From assembly GCA_964359575.1 (NCBI GenBank), contig CAYHTV010000001.1:5547-69546 (forward strand): DNA of 64,000 bases. The letters are read 5' to 3'. The notes under the pieces were generated by a model. That model was not told the DNA's origin, made no database searches, and saw nothing but the letters and a program-made list of their open reading frames with translations. A program made the translations under genes and the position numbers. This DNA is from an uncultured Planctomycetales bacterium (GTDB lineage Bacteria; Omnitrophota; Gorgyraeia; Zapsychrales; GWA2-47-8). This document shows positions 50,854 through 60,903 of this stretch, piece by piece (the first letter of the stretch is position 1; each line of letters starts with the position of its first letter).

Positions 50854-51324
50854 TTGAAACGCGATACCATTATCTCTATCTTTGTTGTCCTCTGGCTTTT
50901 GGTTTTTAACTATGAGTCTATTCACCGTTATTATTTGGAGCCGTGGCTGAAGCGCCCGCTGCCAAAACTGAAGCTGCTTTTTCCGCCAGTGGGCTGGATT
51001 ATGTTTTATGATGTGGGTGATGAATACAGTTGCGCGGAGATTTATGGTGTCAACGCGGACGGGATTCAGCAAATCGATCCGCATGAAATTTTAGCCACCA
51101 GGACATTTGGGTTTGATAATATTCACCGCAATGTTCTTTCCATCGTTTTTGCCGACAGTATGCAGTCGCCCGTGTGCCGTTTCTTGGAGCACAAGTTCCC
51201 GGAATTTGAGAATTTTTTGATTACCGCGGTTCATTATCCCTCGGTGACCCAAACGCCGCATAAACGATTGCAGCGGGTGATGTATCAGTGTCAAGATAAG
51301 GAAGAAGTAAAAACTAAAAACTAA
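50854..51324 (+). CDS. Hypothetical protein upstream of the HTTM gene
   Basis: N-terminal TM helix; no motif. Confidence 0.35.
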   Translation: MKRDTIISIFVVLWLLVFNYESIHRYYLEPWLKRPLPKLKLLFPPVGWIMFYDVGDEYSCAEIYGVNADGIQQIDPHEILATRTFGFDNIHRNVLSIVFADSMQSPVCRFLEHKFPEFENFLITAVHYPSVTQTPHKRLQRVMYQCQDKEEVKTKN

Positions 51325-51393
51325 AAAGTCAAAAGTAAGACAGATCGCGAAGCGATGCCACAGTTTTTAGTTTTAATTTTTGAGTTTTAACTT

Positions 51394-52686
51394 ATGCGAT
51401 ATATTTCAAAAATCTGGCATCGTTTATTCCTCATTGAGCGCCCCTCGCTCAGCTTATCCTTGTTTCGCGTCGCTGTGGCAATCACGGTTGGCGCGCATGT
51501 CATTCCAACACTGTTTAATCTGCCGGACAACTATTATTCGACGGCCCTCAAAACGTATAATTTTGATTTTTTTACTCCGCGGATGATTGAATGCGTCCAG
51601 CGCAGCCCGGATCAGGTGGTTTTGTTTTTTGTTATCTTCTTTTATGTTACCTGGCTCTTCTTTTTCATTGGCCTTTTTAGCCAGATCAGCTGCATTTTCA
51701 TGACCTTGGCATGTTATTATTTTTATGCGCTCAACTCCCTGCATGTGGGTACACTTTCGTGGGATATCCTGCTGGTGACGCTTTTTTTAATGTGCTTAAC
51801 GCCGTATCACGGCGATTATTTCTCGGTTGATGCCCTGAGGAGGGGAGACCCGGAAAGTTATAAAAGGAAACGGCCGTTTTTTATCCAGCGTCTTTTACAA
51901 ATCCAAATTGCCCTGACATTTTTTTATACTGCGCTTTATAAAATCACAGGCGCCGGCAATTGGCTTAAGGATAATCCCATCCATTATTTGATGAATTATC
52001 CGCCAGCCGGCGTGACCAAATGGTTTCTGTTGCGGGATTTCTTTAGGGATAAGCCGGAGTTGTGTTATGCGACAGGTCTTTTGATTGTGGCGATTGAAAT
52101 CTCCATGCCGGTTTTGCTGTTTCTTAGGCGAGCACGATTATCAGCGATTTACTTAGGGTGCTTTTTCCATCTCACTTTAATTCTCACGCTGGATGTGCCG
52201 GCCATATTCTTTTTTCTGTTTCCACCCCAGCTTTTTTTATTTATTAATCCTGATCATATCGTCCGTTGGATTGAGCAAAAACGTTGCGTGAATGCACAAA
52301 CGCCGCAGAGCCAGCTCATCTACGATGGGCATTGCGGATTCTGCCAAAAAAGCGTACAGCAATTGCGCGTGATGGATTTGTTCAACGCGGTTAAAATGGT
52401 GGATTTTCAAAGCCATCCGCATCTGGAGCAATTGCATCCGCAGCTGACTCAAGAGCACTGCGCCAGCCAGCTGCATTTGCGGGAGCCCGATGGAACGTTA
52501 TACGGCGGGTTTGTTGTTTTTAAGCGGTTGTGTTTCGTCATGCCGATGCTGTATCCGCTCATTCTGCTATTTTATTTTCCCGGTGCCGGAATTGTTGGCC
52601 CATGGGTTTACCGCTGGGTTGCAAAAAACCGCTATCTTTTTCATTTTAATAAAATGTGTAAGGGTAATGCCTGTTTTCGTTATTGA
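51394..52686 (+). CDS. HTTM domain (vitamin K gamma-carboxylase-like) membrane protein fused to a DCC-family thiol-disulfide oxidoreductase domain
   Basis: N-terminal multi-TM HTTM-like region; C-terminal LIYDGHCGFCQKSVQ (CxxC of the DCC/DUF393 family). Confidence 0.7.
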   Translation: MRYISKIWHRLFLIERPSLSLSLFRVAVAITVGAHVIPTLFNLPDNYYSTALKTYNFDFFTPRMIECVQRSPDQVVLFFVIFFYVTWLFFFIGLFSQISCIFMTLACYYFYALNSLHVGTLSWDILLVTLFLMCLTPYHGDYFSVDALRRGDPESYKRKRPFFIQRLLQIQIALTFFYTALYKITGAGNWLKDNPIHYLMNYPPAGVTKWFLLRDFFRDKPELCYATGLLIVAIEISMPVLLFLRRARLSAIYLGCFFHLTLILTLDVPAIFFFLFPPQLFLFINPDHIVRWIEQKRCVNAQTPQSQLIYDGHCGFCQKSVQQLRVMDLFNAVKMVDFQSHPHLEQLHPQLTQEHCASQLHLREPDGTLYGGFVVFKRLCFVMPMLYPLILLFYFPGAGIVGPWVYRWVAKNRYLFHFNKMCKGNACFRY

Positions 52687-52695
52687 TTTTTTTTT

Positions 52696-52789
52696 ACAGC
52701 ATAGGAAAGTATAAAACTTTCCTAGCTGCTAAAAACTCCTCTCCTATGCAGCAAAGAAGTTACGACGAACGAAGTGAGGAGTTTTCTTG
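52696..52789 (+). repeat. Structured repeat family 2, copy C
   Basis: Near-identical to copy B; intergenic. Confidence 0.75.
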
Positions 52790-52846
52790 TTAATAATAAA
52801 AGCGGTGTGGTAATATAGCGATGGATTTAAAAATAAGGGGCTGTCC

Positions 52847-53314
52847 ATGCAACTTCCAATTATTATGACGATAATATTTTTTTGTTTAAACTCCGCTGCT
52901 TCGGCCGATGAGATATCAGAGAGAACACTGAAAGAATTTGAGCAAGCCTACCGCAGAGAAAAGACGCAGCAGACGGAAAAACAAAAATTGCTTAAAAGTC
53001 AAAAGAATTTTGAGGCACAAAATAAGAAACGGTTCGATGAGCAATACCAACAGCGCATGAAAAAAATGGCGCAAGAACGGCAAGGGCAATTAGGAGAGCG
53101 GTTTAAGGATCGGCAAAAAAATATTCGTCAAGAACGCGCCAAAATTAAGAGAGAAATGACCGAGGCCGTGGACCCGATGTACAAAGAGGCGCTGCAGGCC
53201 TACAAAGCCAAAGATTATTCCAGGGCGCAAGCGATATTCGCTGAAATTGAGCAGCTGTTGCCTGGTTATAAACAAACCCAAGAGTATTTAGCCCGGAGGG
53301 AGTCGCAGAGGTGA
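52847..53314 (+). CDS. Hypothetical secreted coiled-coil protein (K/E/Q-rich)
   Basis: Signal peptide followed by a charged helical sequence. Confidence 0.35.
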   Translation: MQLPIIMTIIFFCLNSAASADEISERTLKEFEQAYRREKTQQTEKQKLLKSQKNFEAQNKKRFDEQYQQRMKKMAQERQGQLGERFKDRQKNIRQERAKIKREMTEAVDPMYKEALQAYKAKDYSRAQAIFAEIEQLLPGYKQTQEYLARRESQR

Positions 53315-53315
53315 A

Positions 53316-53660
53316 ATGATGAGCCGTAAAAATTTTTTAATCATGCTTTTTATTTTGGAATTTTCTGGCGCGGCCTGGGCGGTCCCGCCATCGAAAATTG
53401 AACTGAGCTATGATCCGGAAAAAAAGAATTTGCACATCGAAGTGGACCACGTGACGCGGAAAAACCGCAAGCATTATATCCGCTATATTAATGTTTATCA
53501 AAACGATGCGGAAGTCAAATCCTTTCATTATGTTGTGCAGGAGCAATCGTCCAGCGTCGCGGAGGATTTGTTTTTAGAAGCGAACAAAGCCGACGTGGTC
53601 CGTGTCAAAGCCCAGTGCACGGAATCCGGCCCTAAAGAGGAAGCATTGGTCATTCCTTAG
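53316..53660 (+). CDS. Hypothetical small secreted protein
   Basis: Signal peptide; no motif. Confidence 0.35.
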   Translation: MMSRKNFLIMLFILEFSGAAWAVPPSKIELSYDPEKKNLHIEVDHVTRKNRKHYIRYINVYQNDAEVKSFHYVVQEQSSSVAEDLFLEANKADVVRVKAQCTESGPKEEALVIP

Positions 53661-55792
53661 TGAAATATCAATCTCCCAATAAACTCATCCAAGAAAAGAG
53701 TCCCTATCTTCTCCAGCATGCCCATAATCCGGTGGATTGGTATCCCTGGGGAAAGGAAGCCTTTGCTAAAGCAAAAAAAGAAAATAAACCGGTATTCCTT
53801 TCCATCGGCTATTCAACCTGCCATTGGTGCCATGTGATGGCGCACGAATCTTTTGAGGATAAAGAAATCGCTAATTTGCTAAATGAATATTTTGTACCCA
53901 TTAAAGTGGATCGGGAAGAGCGCCCTGATTTGGATAATATTTATATGACCGCGGTGACGGCCTTGACGGGAAGCGGAGGCTGGCCATTGTCGGTTTTTCT
54001 CACTCCTGATAAAAAGCCTTTTTTCGGAGGGACTTATTTTCCTCCGCAAGCCCGCTGGGGCGCGGTAGGATTTAAGGATGTGCTTCTTTCTATTCATAGC
54101 AGCTGGCAGACCCAACACGCAGAGATTCTGAAATCCGGTCAATCGATCACGCAAGCCTTGCAAGAACGATCTTCGGCCCGGCAGGGAGAAAAAATTGATT
54201 TGGATGTTCAACTGCTGCGCGGCGGCTATCAGGAGTTGGCTGCCAATTATGATGCCCGTTTCGGCGGATTTGGGCAGGCGCCCAAATTTCCGATGGGGCA
54301 CAGTTTGTCTTTTTTGCTGCGGTATTGGAAACGCTCTGGCGAGCCTCAGGCCTTGGCCATGGTCGAAAAAACCCTGACGGCCATGGCGCAGGGCGGGATG
54401 TACGATCAGCTAGGCGGCGGTTTTCATCGGTATTCGACGGATCAGATTTGGCAAGTTCCCCATTTTGAAAAAATGTTGTACGACCAGGCGATTTTGGCGC
54501 GGGCGTATTTAGAAAGTTATCAATCTACGGGTCAGGAATTTTATGCGCGCATCGCCCGTGAGACTTTGGATTATGTCCTGCGGGATATGCAGTCACCGGA
54601 GGGGGGATTTTTTTCCGCACAGGACGCCGACAGCCTTGAGTCATCCACCGGGAAAGAAAGCGGAGAAAAAAAAGAGGGGGCCTTTTATATCTGGGATGCG
54701 GCTGAAATCAACACTGTTCTGGATGCCCAAGAGGCGGAAATTTTTAACCATTACTTTGGGATTGAAAAAAACGGCAATGCCCAGTTGGATCCCCATGGCG
54801 AATTCACCGGAAAAAATATTCTTTTTGTCGCTCATGCGCCTGAAGAAAGCGCGCCGAAATTTCATAAAACGCCGTCCGACATGGAAAAAGTCATCCAGCA
54901 GGCCAAGCAAAAATTATCCACCGTCCGGACAAAGCGGCCGCGTCCGCATCTTGATGATAAAATTTTGGTTGATTGGAACGGCTTAATGATTTCGAGCCTG
55001 GCCTTTGCTTCTTCGGTCCTGGATGAGCCGCGCTACCGGCAGGCGGCCCAGCGAGCGGCAGATTTTATTCTAAAAAATCTTGTCAATTCTCAGAGACGTT
55101 TGCTGCACCGGTTTCGCGATGGGGAGGCGGCGATTTTGGGGACGATCGAAGACTATGCCTTTTTTATTTCTGGCCTCATTGAGCTTTATGAGGCGACATT
55201 TGAGGTGAAGTATTTTCAGGAAGCCAGGCGCCTGGCCGAGGAGATGCTGCATCTCTTTTGGGATGAAGAGTACGGCGGGTTCTTTTTTACCGCGGCGGAC
55301 AGCGAAGACTTACTCTTTCGGCAAAAGGAAGTTTATGACGGGGCGATCCCTTCGGGAAATTCGGTGGCGGCGTTGGATCTTCTGCGTTTGGCCCGGATGA
55401 GTGGGGATAAAACTCTCGCTGATAAGGCTGAGGTGCTTTTACAATTTTTTGGGATGGAAATCCTTAAGCGGCCCAGCGCCTACACGCAGCTGTTGATAGC
55501 TTTAAATTTTGCTTTGGGTCCGACGCGGGAGATTGTGCTCGCCGGCCCCAACACGGAAGATCCGCGGGTGAGGGATATGTTGAAAATCATTAGAGCATTT
55601 TTTATGCCGAACGCTGTTATATTACTTCGGCCTAGTGATAAGCAAAAGCTAACGGAGCTCGTTGAACTGTCGCCTTTTGTGGAAAATCAAGCCCCCTTAA
55701 ACGGCCAGCCAACCGCCTATGTCTGTCAAAATTATGTCTGTGAGCTGCCTACCTCAGCGAGCGAAAAACTCAAAGAGTTTTTATCCCGTTAG
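53660..55792 (+). CDS. Thioredoxin-domain protein of the DUF255/YyaL family (thioredoxin fold plus six-hairpin glycosidase-like domain)
   Basis: [22 protein letters not shown]...[15 protein letters not shown] signature; 710 aa. Confidence 0.9.
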   Translation: MKYQSPNKLIQEKSPYLLQHAHNPVDWYPWGKEAFAKAKKENKPVFLSIGYSTCHWCHVMAHESFEDKEIANLLNEYFVPIKVDREERPDLDNIYMTAVTALTGSGGWPLSVFLTPDKKPFFGGTYFPPQARWGAVGFKDVLLSIHSSWQTQHAEILKSGQSITQALQERSSARQGEKIDLDVQLLRGGYQELAANYDARFGGFGQAPKFPMGHSLSFLLRYWKRSGEPQALAMVEKTLTAMAQGGMYDQLGGGFHRYSTDQIWQVPHFEKMLYDQAILARAYLESYQSTGQEFYARIARETLDYVLRDMQSPEGGFFSAQDADSLESSTGKESGEKKEGAFYIWDAAEINTVLDAQEAEIFNHYFGIEKNGNAQLDPHGEFTGKNILFVAHAPEESAPKFHKTPSDMEKVIQQAKQKLSTVRTKRPRPHLDDKILVDWNGLMISSLAFASSVLDEPRYRQAAQRAADFILKNLVNSQRRLLHRFRDGEAAILGTIEDYAFFISGLIELYEATFEVKYFQEARRLAEEMLHLFWDEEYGGFFFTAADSEDLLFRQKEVYDGAIPSGNSVAALDLLRLARMSGDKTLADKAEVLLQFFGMEILKRPSAYTQLLIALNFALGPTREIVLAGPNTEDPRVRDMLKIIRAFFMPNAVILLRPSDKQKLTELVELSPFVENQAPLNGQPTAYVCQNYVCELPTSASEKLKEFLSR

Positions 55793-55813
55793 AGAACTGC
55801 GTTCTCTAACGGG
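55785..55813 (+). promoter_or_regulatory. Perfect 13-bp stem hairpin overlapping the stop codon of the DUF255 gene, followed by tandem TAACGGGATTGC x2
   Basis: CCCGTTAGAGAAC-TGC-GTTCTCTAACGGG; no T-run follows; possibly a terminator or a protein-binding site. Confidence 0.4.
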
Positions 55814-55842
55814 ATTGCTAACGGGATTGCTGGACTTTGCAA

Positions 55843-55871
55843 TTGACAAAGCCTATGGCCGCTCTTAAAAT
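55843..55871 (+). promoter_or_regulatory. Sigma-70-type promoter upstream of asmA (TTGACA-17 nt-TAAAAT)
   Basis: -35 at 55843-55848 and -10 at 55866-55871. Confidence 0.5.
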
Positions 55872-55907
55872 AACGGGGGTTTGCGAAAAGTATATATAAG
55901 GAAATCC

Positions 55908-57770
55908 ATGAAAAGTCTTAAAATTGCAGTAACGATTATTTTTAGTCTTTTGGCGGTACTCTTGGCGGCCGTGTTCTTTTTTCTCAAGACGGTGGATATC
56001 AATAATTTCAAATCCCAGATCATTGCCCAATTGGAGGCGGCCGTGGGGCGGGACGTATCAATTCAGAACATGGCCTTTTCGCTGTCTTTTCAAAAAGGTA
56101 TTATTTTGAATGTCGAGGGGCTAACGATGGCCAATGATCCTGGGGAAGTTGAAAAGAATTTTCTTGAAGTGGAACGCATTGGCGTGGAAGTGGATTTTAT
56201 GGCGTTGTTGCGCGAACGGAAGATTTCCGTCAAAAGTGTGCAGGTCCATTCCCCTAAGATTGTGATTATTCGCTCAGAGGCAAATGTCTTGAATGTCCAG
56301 ACATTAGGCAATGCGTCTGCGGCTAAAGCAGTAGCAGCCGCGAATAATGTTCCTGTGCCATCTCCTTCACCGGTACCCCTAAGTGACATTTCCACTAAAA
56401 CCATTAACCTCGACACCTTGCCGGCCTTGCTCGTTAAGTCCATGGCCCTGGATAACGGAACTTTGGTTTATATTGATCGAGCTATAAAACCAGAGATGTC
56501 GATTGTTGTTTCAAAGATTGATGTAGAAGTGGCAAATTTTTCGCTTAAGGACAAATTCCATTTTTCTGTGGCAGGCGCGATTTTGGGAAAACAGCAAAAC
56601 GTACATATAGAAGGTCAAGCGCAATTGGATTTAATAAATTCGCAGGCCCGTTTGGAGAGGACAAAAATAGCCGTGGATTTATCGCAGCTGCTGCGCGATG
56701 AGCTCATGCAGATAGGGCCGATGCTGGATAGTCTCGAACTGGTCGGGCAGTGGAGCGGCCTGCTGGAGGCGGATTTAAATCAAATGGTCGCTGGAGCGCA
56801 AGGGATTATGGCGTTGTCTTTGGAAGGTCAGCTTAAAGAGGGAAGGGCGAGCGTCAATGTTTTAGCCAAGCCGTTAGAAAATATTCATGCTGTTTTTAGC
56901 GCGACCGAAGCGGATTTTACAATTAAAGATTATTCGCTCAATATCGGCACGGGGAAAATTTTTGGAGAAGCGAAGTTGAGCGATTATCTTGAAGCGGCGA
57001 ATTCCAGCCTCACCATCAATTTAGAGGACATTAAGATTGAAGAAGTGCATGATGCCGAGACGCTGCCGGTGAAAGCGCAAGGGAATATTTTTGGCCAGTT
57101 TAAAATTCAGGCGCGAGGATTGGATCCAAAAGTATTTTTACAAACCTTGACCGCCGATGGCGCAGCGGAAGTCCGCGAGGGGAAAATTGTTGATATCAAC
57201 GTGTTGAGCTCGGTGTTGGATAAACTTTCCGTTGTGCCGCCTTTGGCCGGTATTAAAGATAAAATTCAGGCGGGCCTGCCGGAGAAGTATCGCGGCGTTT
57301 TAGAGCAAAGGGATACCAATTTCCAAAAAATTCAATGTGCGGTTAATGTGAAAAATGAGACTGCCAGCCTTACCCGCGTCAATATTCAATCTGATGGCTT
57401 TGGAATGGCGGCCAACGGCACGTGTGATTTTAAACAAATTCTGCATCTGGAATCAGCGTTTGCGATAGCGCAGGATCTCTCGGCTGCTATGGGGACGGCA
57501 ATTCCGGAATTGCAGTTGTTATTTGATCAAGCCGGACAAATTTATATTCCCATGACGACCTACGATGGGCCGGCGGCCAAAATGAAGGTCTTCCCGGATC
57601 CGGTTTATTTAGTGAAGCGCGTCATTGCCAATAGGGGACAAGAGGAGCTGCAAAAATTGATCAACAAGGCGTTAGGGACAGAGGAATCGTCCGAAGAACC
57701 TTCTTCCGGCGAAGAGAAACCCTCGGAACAAAAAATCATTAGCGATATCTTACAGTCGATCTTCCAATAA
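55908..57770 (+). CDS. asmA: AsmA family protein
   Basis: The track ORF starts at 55881; the ATG at 55908 is preferred because it follows an RBS and the predicted promoter; N-terminal TM anchor and a long beta-rich periplasmic domain typical of AsmA. Confidence 0.65.
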   Translation: MKSLKIAVTIIFSLLAVLLAAVFFFLKTVDINNFKSQIIAQLEAAVGRDVSIQNMAFSLSFQKGIILNVEGLTMANDPGEVEKNFLEVERIGVEVDFMALLRERKISVKSVQVHSPKIVIIRSEANVLNVQTLGNASAAKAVAAANNVPVPSPSPVPLSDISTKTINLDTLPALLVKSMALDNGTLVYIDRAIKPEMSIVVSKIDVEVANFSLKDKFHFSVAGAILGKQQNVHIEGQAQLDLINSQARLERTKIAVDLSQLLRDELMQIGPMLDSLELVGQWSGLLEADLNQMVAGAQGIMALSLEGQLKEGRASVNVLAKPLENIHAVFSATEADFTIKDYSLNIGTGKIFGEAKLSDYLEAANSSLTINLEDIKIEEVHDAETLPVKAQGNIFGQFKIQARGLDPKVFLQTLTADGAAEVREGKIVDINVLSSVLDKLSVVPPLAGIKDKIQAGLPEKYRGVLEQRDTNFQKIQCAVNVKNETASLTRVNIQSDGFGMAANGTCDFKQILHLESAFAIAQDLSAAMGTAIPELQLLFDQAGQIYIPMTTYDGPAAKMKVFPDPVYLVKRVIANRGQEELQKLINKALGTEESSEEPSSGEEKPSEQKIISDILQSIFQ

Positions 57771-57814
57771 ACCCCGATAGAGAGCGCAGTTTTCTATCGG
57801 GATAAATTCCATCC

Positions 57815-58321
57815 ATGAAGAATTTTAAATTTCGAGGGAAAGTCATTACCGTCACGCGCAAAAGAGCGCGCCTGCCCAACGGTCATGTGAGCGAACTTGA
57901 TTTGGTTGAGCATCCAGGCGCGGTACTGCTCGTGCCCTTTGTCAATGCGCGAGAGATTTTGCTGCTGCGGCAGTACCGGCCGGTGATTGGGAAATACCTT
58001 TATGAATTACCTGCGGGAACTTTAAAGCCTAAGGAAAGCGCCCTCTCCTGCGCTCAGCGTGAATTAGCCGAAGAGACGGGTTACGCGGCTAGGAAAATTT
58101 CGCTGTTGGGAAGGATTTATCCAGTGCCTGGTTATTCGACGGAAATTATTTTTATTTACCAAGCAACACAGCTTATCGAAAAGGCGCTTCCCAAAGAACC
58201 GGATGAAGTGATTGCGGTGCATCGTTTTGGGAAAGCGCGGGTTGTCGAAATGTTTAAACGCGGCCAGATCAGCGATGCCAAGACGATTTGCGCGCTTGCC
58301 TTCTGCGGCTGGCTCAATTGA
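57815..58321 (+). CDS. NUDIX hydrolase (ADP-ribose pyrophosphatase-like)
   Basis: Nudix box GTLKPKESALSCAQRELAEETGY. Confidence 0.85.
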   Translation: MKNFKFRGKVITVTRKRARLPNGHVSELDLVEHPGAVLLVPFVNAREILLLRQYRPVIGKYLYELPAGTLKPKESALSCAQRELAEETGYAARKISLLGRIYPVPGYSTEIIFIYQATQLIEKALPKEPDEVIAVHRFGKARVVEMFKRGQISDAKTICALAFCGWLN

Positions 58322-58332
58322 GGAAAATTCAA

Positions 58333-58836
58333 ATGAAAGAACCGTATCTGTGTATCGCCAACGATGTGAAGCTGGGAAAGAATGTGAAGCTTTCCAAATT
58401 TATTAATTTGTACGGCTGCACCATTCAAGACAATACAAAAATAGGCGCTTTCGTGGAAATCCAAAAAGGCGCGGTCATCGGAAAAAATTGCAAAATTTCG
58501 TCGCACACGTTTATTTGCGAGGGCGTTACCATCGGGGAAGGGTCTTTTGTCGGGCATGCGGTGGTATTTATCAATGACAATCATCCGCGCGCAGTCAATC
58601 GTTGGGGAATTTTAGAGAATGAAAAGGAATGGAAACCCCGCTTTGTGAAAACCAAAATCGGAGAGCAGGTTTCGATCGGCAGCAATGTCACAATTTTGGG
58701 AGGGATCATGATTGGCGATGGTGCTGTGGTTGGTGCCGGATGTGTTGTCACAAAGAATATCCCGGCCGGCGAGGTCTGGGTCGGCAATCCCGCGCGCTTT
58801 TTGCGGAAGGTTGAGAAAAAAAATCTGCACATTTAA
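58333..58836 (+). CDS. Hexapeptide-repeat (left-handed beta-helix) acetyltransferase
   Basis: The track ORF starts at 58288, inside the NUDIX gene; trimmed to the ATG at 58333 after a GAGGAAA RBS; repeated [LIV]G-x4 hexapeptides (IGKNCKI, IGEGSFVG, IGDGAVVGAG). Confidence 0.8.
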   Translation: MKEPYLCIANDVKLGKNVKLSKFINLYGCTIQDNTKIGAFVEIQKGAVIGKNCKISSHTFICEGVTIGEGSFVGHAVVFINDNHPRAVNRWGILENEKEWKPRFVKTKIGEQVSIGSNVTILGGIMIGDGAVVGAGCVVTKNIPAGEVWVGNPARFLRKVEKKNLHI

Positions 58837-58978
58837 AATCTCCTTGTCATTTTGCCAGGGTGGGCGTATACTTGTTTTCCAGATGATGGCCACCATGTCA
58901 GAAATCAATTTGCCACCCAGGGGCCTTCAGACATAAAATTTATCAGAAATACACATTTGAAAAAGGAGTAATGAAGAA

Positions 58979-60028
58979 ATGAGCTGGGATGCACAAAGTA
59001 CTGTCACTGAAATGCGCCGTGGTTTAAGAATTAAAGAGAGTTTGCCAGTCAGATGGTCCACTCCCGAAGGTGAAACAGGCGAGGGAAAAATATTAAATAT
59101 TAGCACCTCGGGCCTGCTCTTAGATACCAATAAAGATTTTTCTCCGGTCGAGCAGGCCAGATTTTCTTTAGAATCACTGGGACTTAGCAATGGCCATTTC
59201 CTTCCTCAAGAGGGGCGCCTCGTTTGGTCCAAGAGCCAAGGAGCACGCAATAATCGTTTGTGTGGAATTGAGTTTGTCCAGCCGGAAGAGAAGGTCGTCT
59301 CTCACTTGCGCGAAAGAGTGCAAAACGGAATTACCAAAGCCGCCAATACCCGCCGCGTTCACAGCATTATCGGAACCATCCTGTTTATCATCATGACTGG
59401 CTTAACAATTTTTTCTCTCTATCAGTACAATAAAAATTATCGTAATATTGACCAAACCAATCAGGCATTAACCAGCGCGTACGAACAGCAAGCGGCTTTG
59501 TCAAAATATTATGCGGATGAAGTGGCATCCACCAAAATTTTATTGGCCCAAGCGGAAAAAGATTTGGAAGAAGCCAAACAGGACAATGACCAGCTTAAGA
59601 ACTTAGTCAGCGCGCGCGATAATGAAATTACTCAAAATAAAATTGTGATTGAGCAGCTTAAGAACTTAGTCAGCGCGCGCGATAATGAAATTACTCAAAA
59701 TAAAATTGTGATTGAACAGCTTAACACGGAAATTCAGACGATTAAGGAACGGCTGCGTATTTTAGAAGGTGATGTGGTGAATCTCGATGAAGGCCGCTCA
59801 ACGGTGGCCCTTTATAAGCAAAAGGTTCATAAAGTTAAAGGAAAAATTCATGAATTTAAGGAGCAGGCCCACGCCGCCAGAGTCGCCGCTCAAAAAGAGC
59901 GAGACCGCATAGCAGTCGCCTTAGGCAATAACGGTTATCTTATTAAAGGTGGAAAACCTTTTAACCCCAATTATTCCGCGGTTAAATCTCCCCAAAATAT
60001 CGAAATTAACGTTGAGTTTGTAAAGTAA
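58979..60028 (+). CDS. PilZ domain protein with TM segment and coiled-coil containing a 21-codon tandem duplication
   Basis: PilZ motifs RRGLR...NISTSGLLL; TM helix; 63-bp near-perfect tandem repeat at 59591-59716. Confidence 0.65.
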   Translation: MSWDAQSTVTEMRRGLRIKESLPVRWSTPEGETGEGKILNISTSGLLLDTNKDFSPVEQARFSLESLGLSNGHFLPQEGRLVWSKSQGARNNRLCGIEFVQPEEKVVSHLRERVQNGITKAANTRRVHSIIGTILFIIMTGLTIFSLYQYNKNYRNIDQTNQALTSAYEQQAALSKYYADEVASTKILLAQAEKDLEEAKQDNDQLKNLVSARDNEITQNKIVIEQLKNLVSARDNEITQNKIVIEQLNTEIQTIKERLRILEGDVVNLDEGRSTVALYKQKVHKVKGKIHEFKEQAHAARVAAQKERDRIAVALGNNGYLIKGGKPFNPNYSAVKSPQNIEINVEFVK

Positions 60029-60150
60029 TTGAAGATTTATTTCCTCGTTTGAAAAAGGCAGATGGAAACAGTTGCCTTTTTTATTTCTATAAATATAATA
60101 AGCACGTGCCTTTATTTGAAGAATCCCGCCAGTTATTTTCCGTTTCGGGT

Positions 60151-60861
60151 ATGGCCATTCCATATACGCTGAGGCATTCGTCTAAGCGTCAAAGTCTAGC
60201 AATCAGAATTGAAGAGGATGGCGGGGTGCGCGTTTTGGCGCCGGCACGGTTGGATGAACCGGTGATTGAGCGTTTTCTGCAGCAAAAACATAATTGGATT
60301 CATAAAAAAGTTGGCCAGGCGAAAGCGCGTTTTCAATATCTTAGCCAGCGTGCTTTTAGCGATGGACAAGAGTTTCCGTTTTTGGGGCGAAAATTTAGAA
60401 TTACAATTGATAGAGCCAATATCGCGCGAGTTCAAGTGATTTTTGACGGCAGTCAATGGCTGATTCGCCTGCCGGAAGTTGAATCAGGCGAGCCGCACCG
60501 CACGCACATCCGGCCCAAAATGATTCAATGGTATCAGCAGCAGGCCAAAGAGATCATTGGCGGGCGCGTTTGGCATTACGCGCGGATTATGAATGTGCAG
60601 CCGCAGACAATTGCCATCCGAAATCAACGAAGGATTTGGGGGAGCTGTGATTACCGTAAAAAAAGTATTCGGTTGAATTGGCAGATTGTGATGACGCCGC
60701 TTTCGGTGATTGATTATGTTGTTGTTCATGAATTGTGCCATTTGGCGGTCCCCAACCATTCGCCGCGTTTCTGGAGAAAAGTCGCGCAGGTCATACCGGA
60801 TTATCTGCATCGGCAAAAATGGTTAAAAGACAATGCGTGGGAGTTGATCCTGCCCTCATGA
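60151..60861 (+). CDS. YgjP-like metal-dependent hydrolase (DUF45/M48-like, HExxH)
   Basis: VVHELCHLAVPNHSPRFW signature; start trimmed from 60049 to the ATG at 60151. Confidence 0.7.
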   Translation: MAIPYTLRHSSKRQSLAIRIEEDGGVRVLAPARLDEPVIERFLQQKHNWIHKKVGQAKARFQYLSQRAFSDGQEFPFLGRKFRITIDRANIARVQVIFDGSQWLIRLPEVESGEPHRTHIRPKMIQWYQQQAKEIIGGRVWHYARIMNVQPQTIAIRNQRRIWGSCDYRKKSIRLNWQIVMTPLSVIDYVVVHELCHLAVPNHSPRFWRKVAQVIPDYLHRQKWLKDNAWELILPS

Positions 60862-60903
60862 ACCTCGAAGTCAAAGTGATCCCGCAAGCCAGAAAGAATT
60901 CCA

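Noticed and set aside
58288-58332. Track start of the acetyltransferase ORF at 58288 inside the NUDIX gene
   Set aside because: The ATG at 58333 is preceded by a GAGGAAA RBS and removes the overlap.
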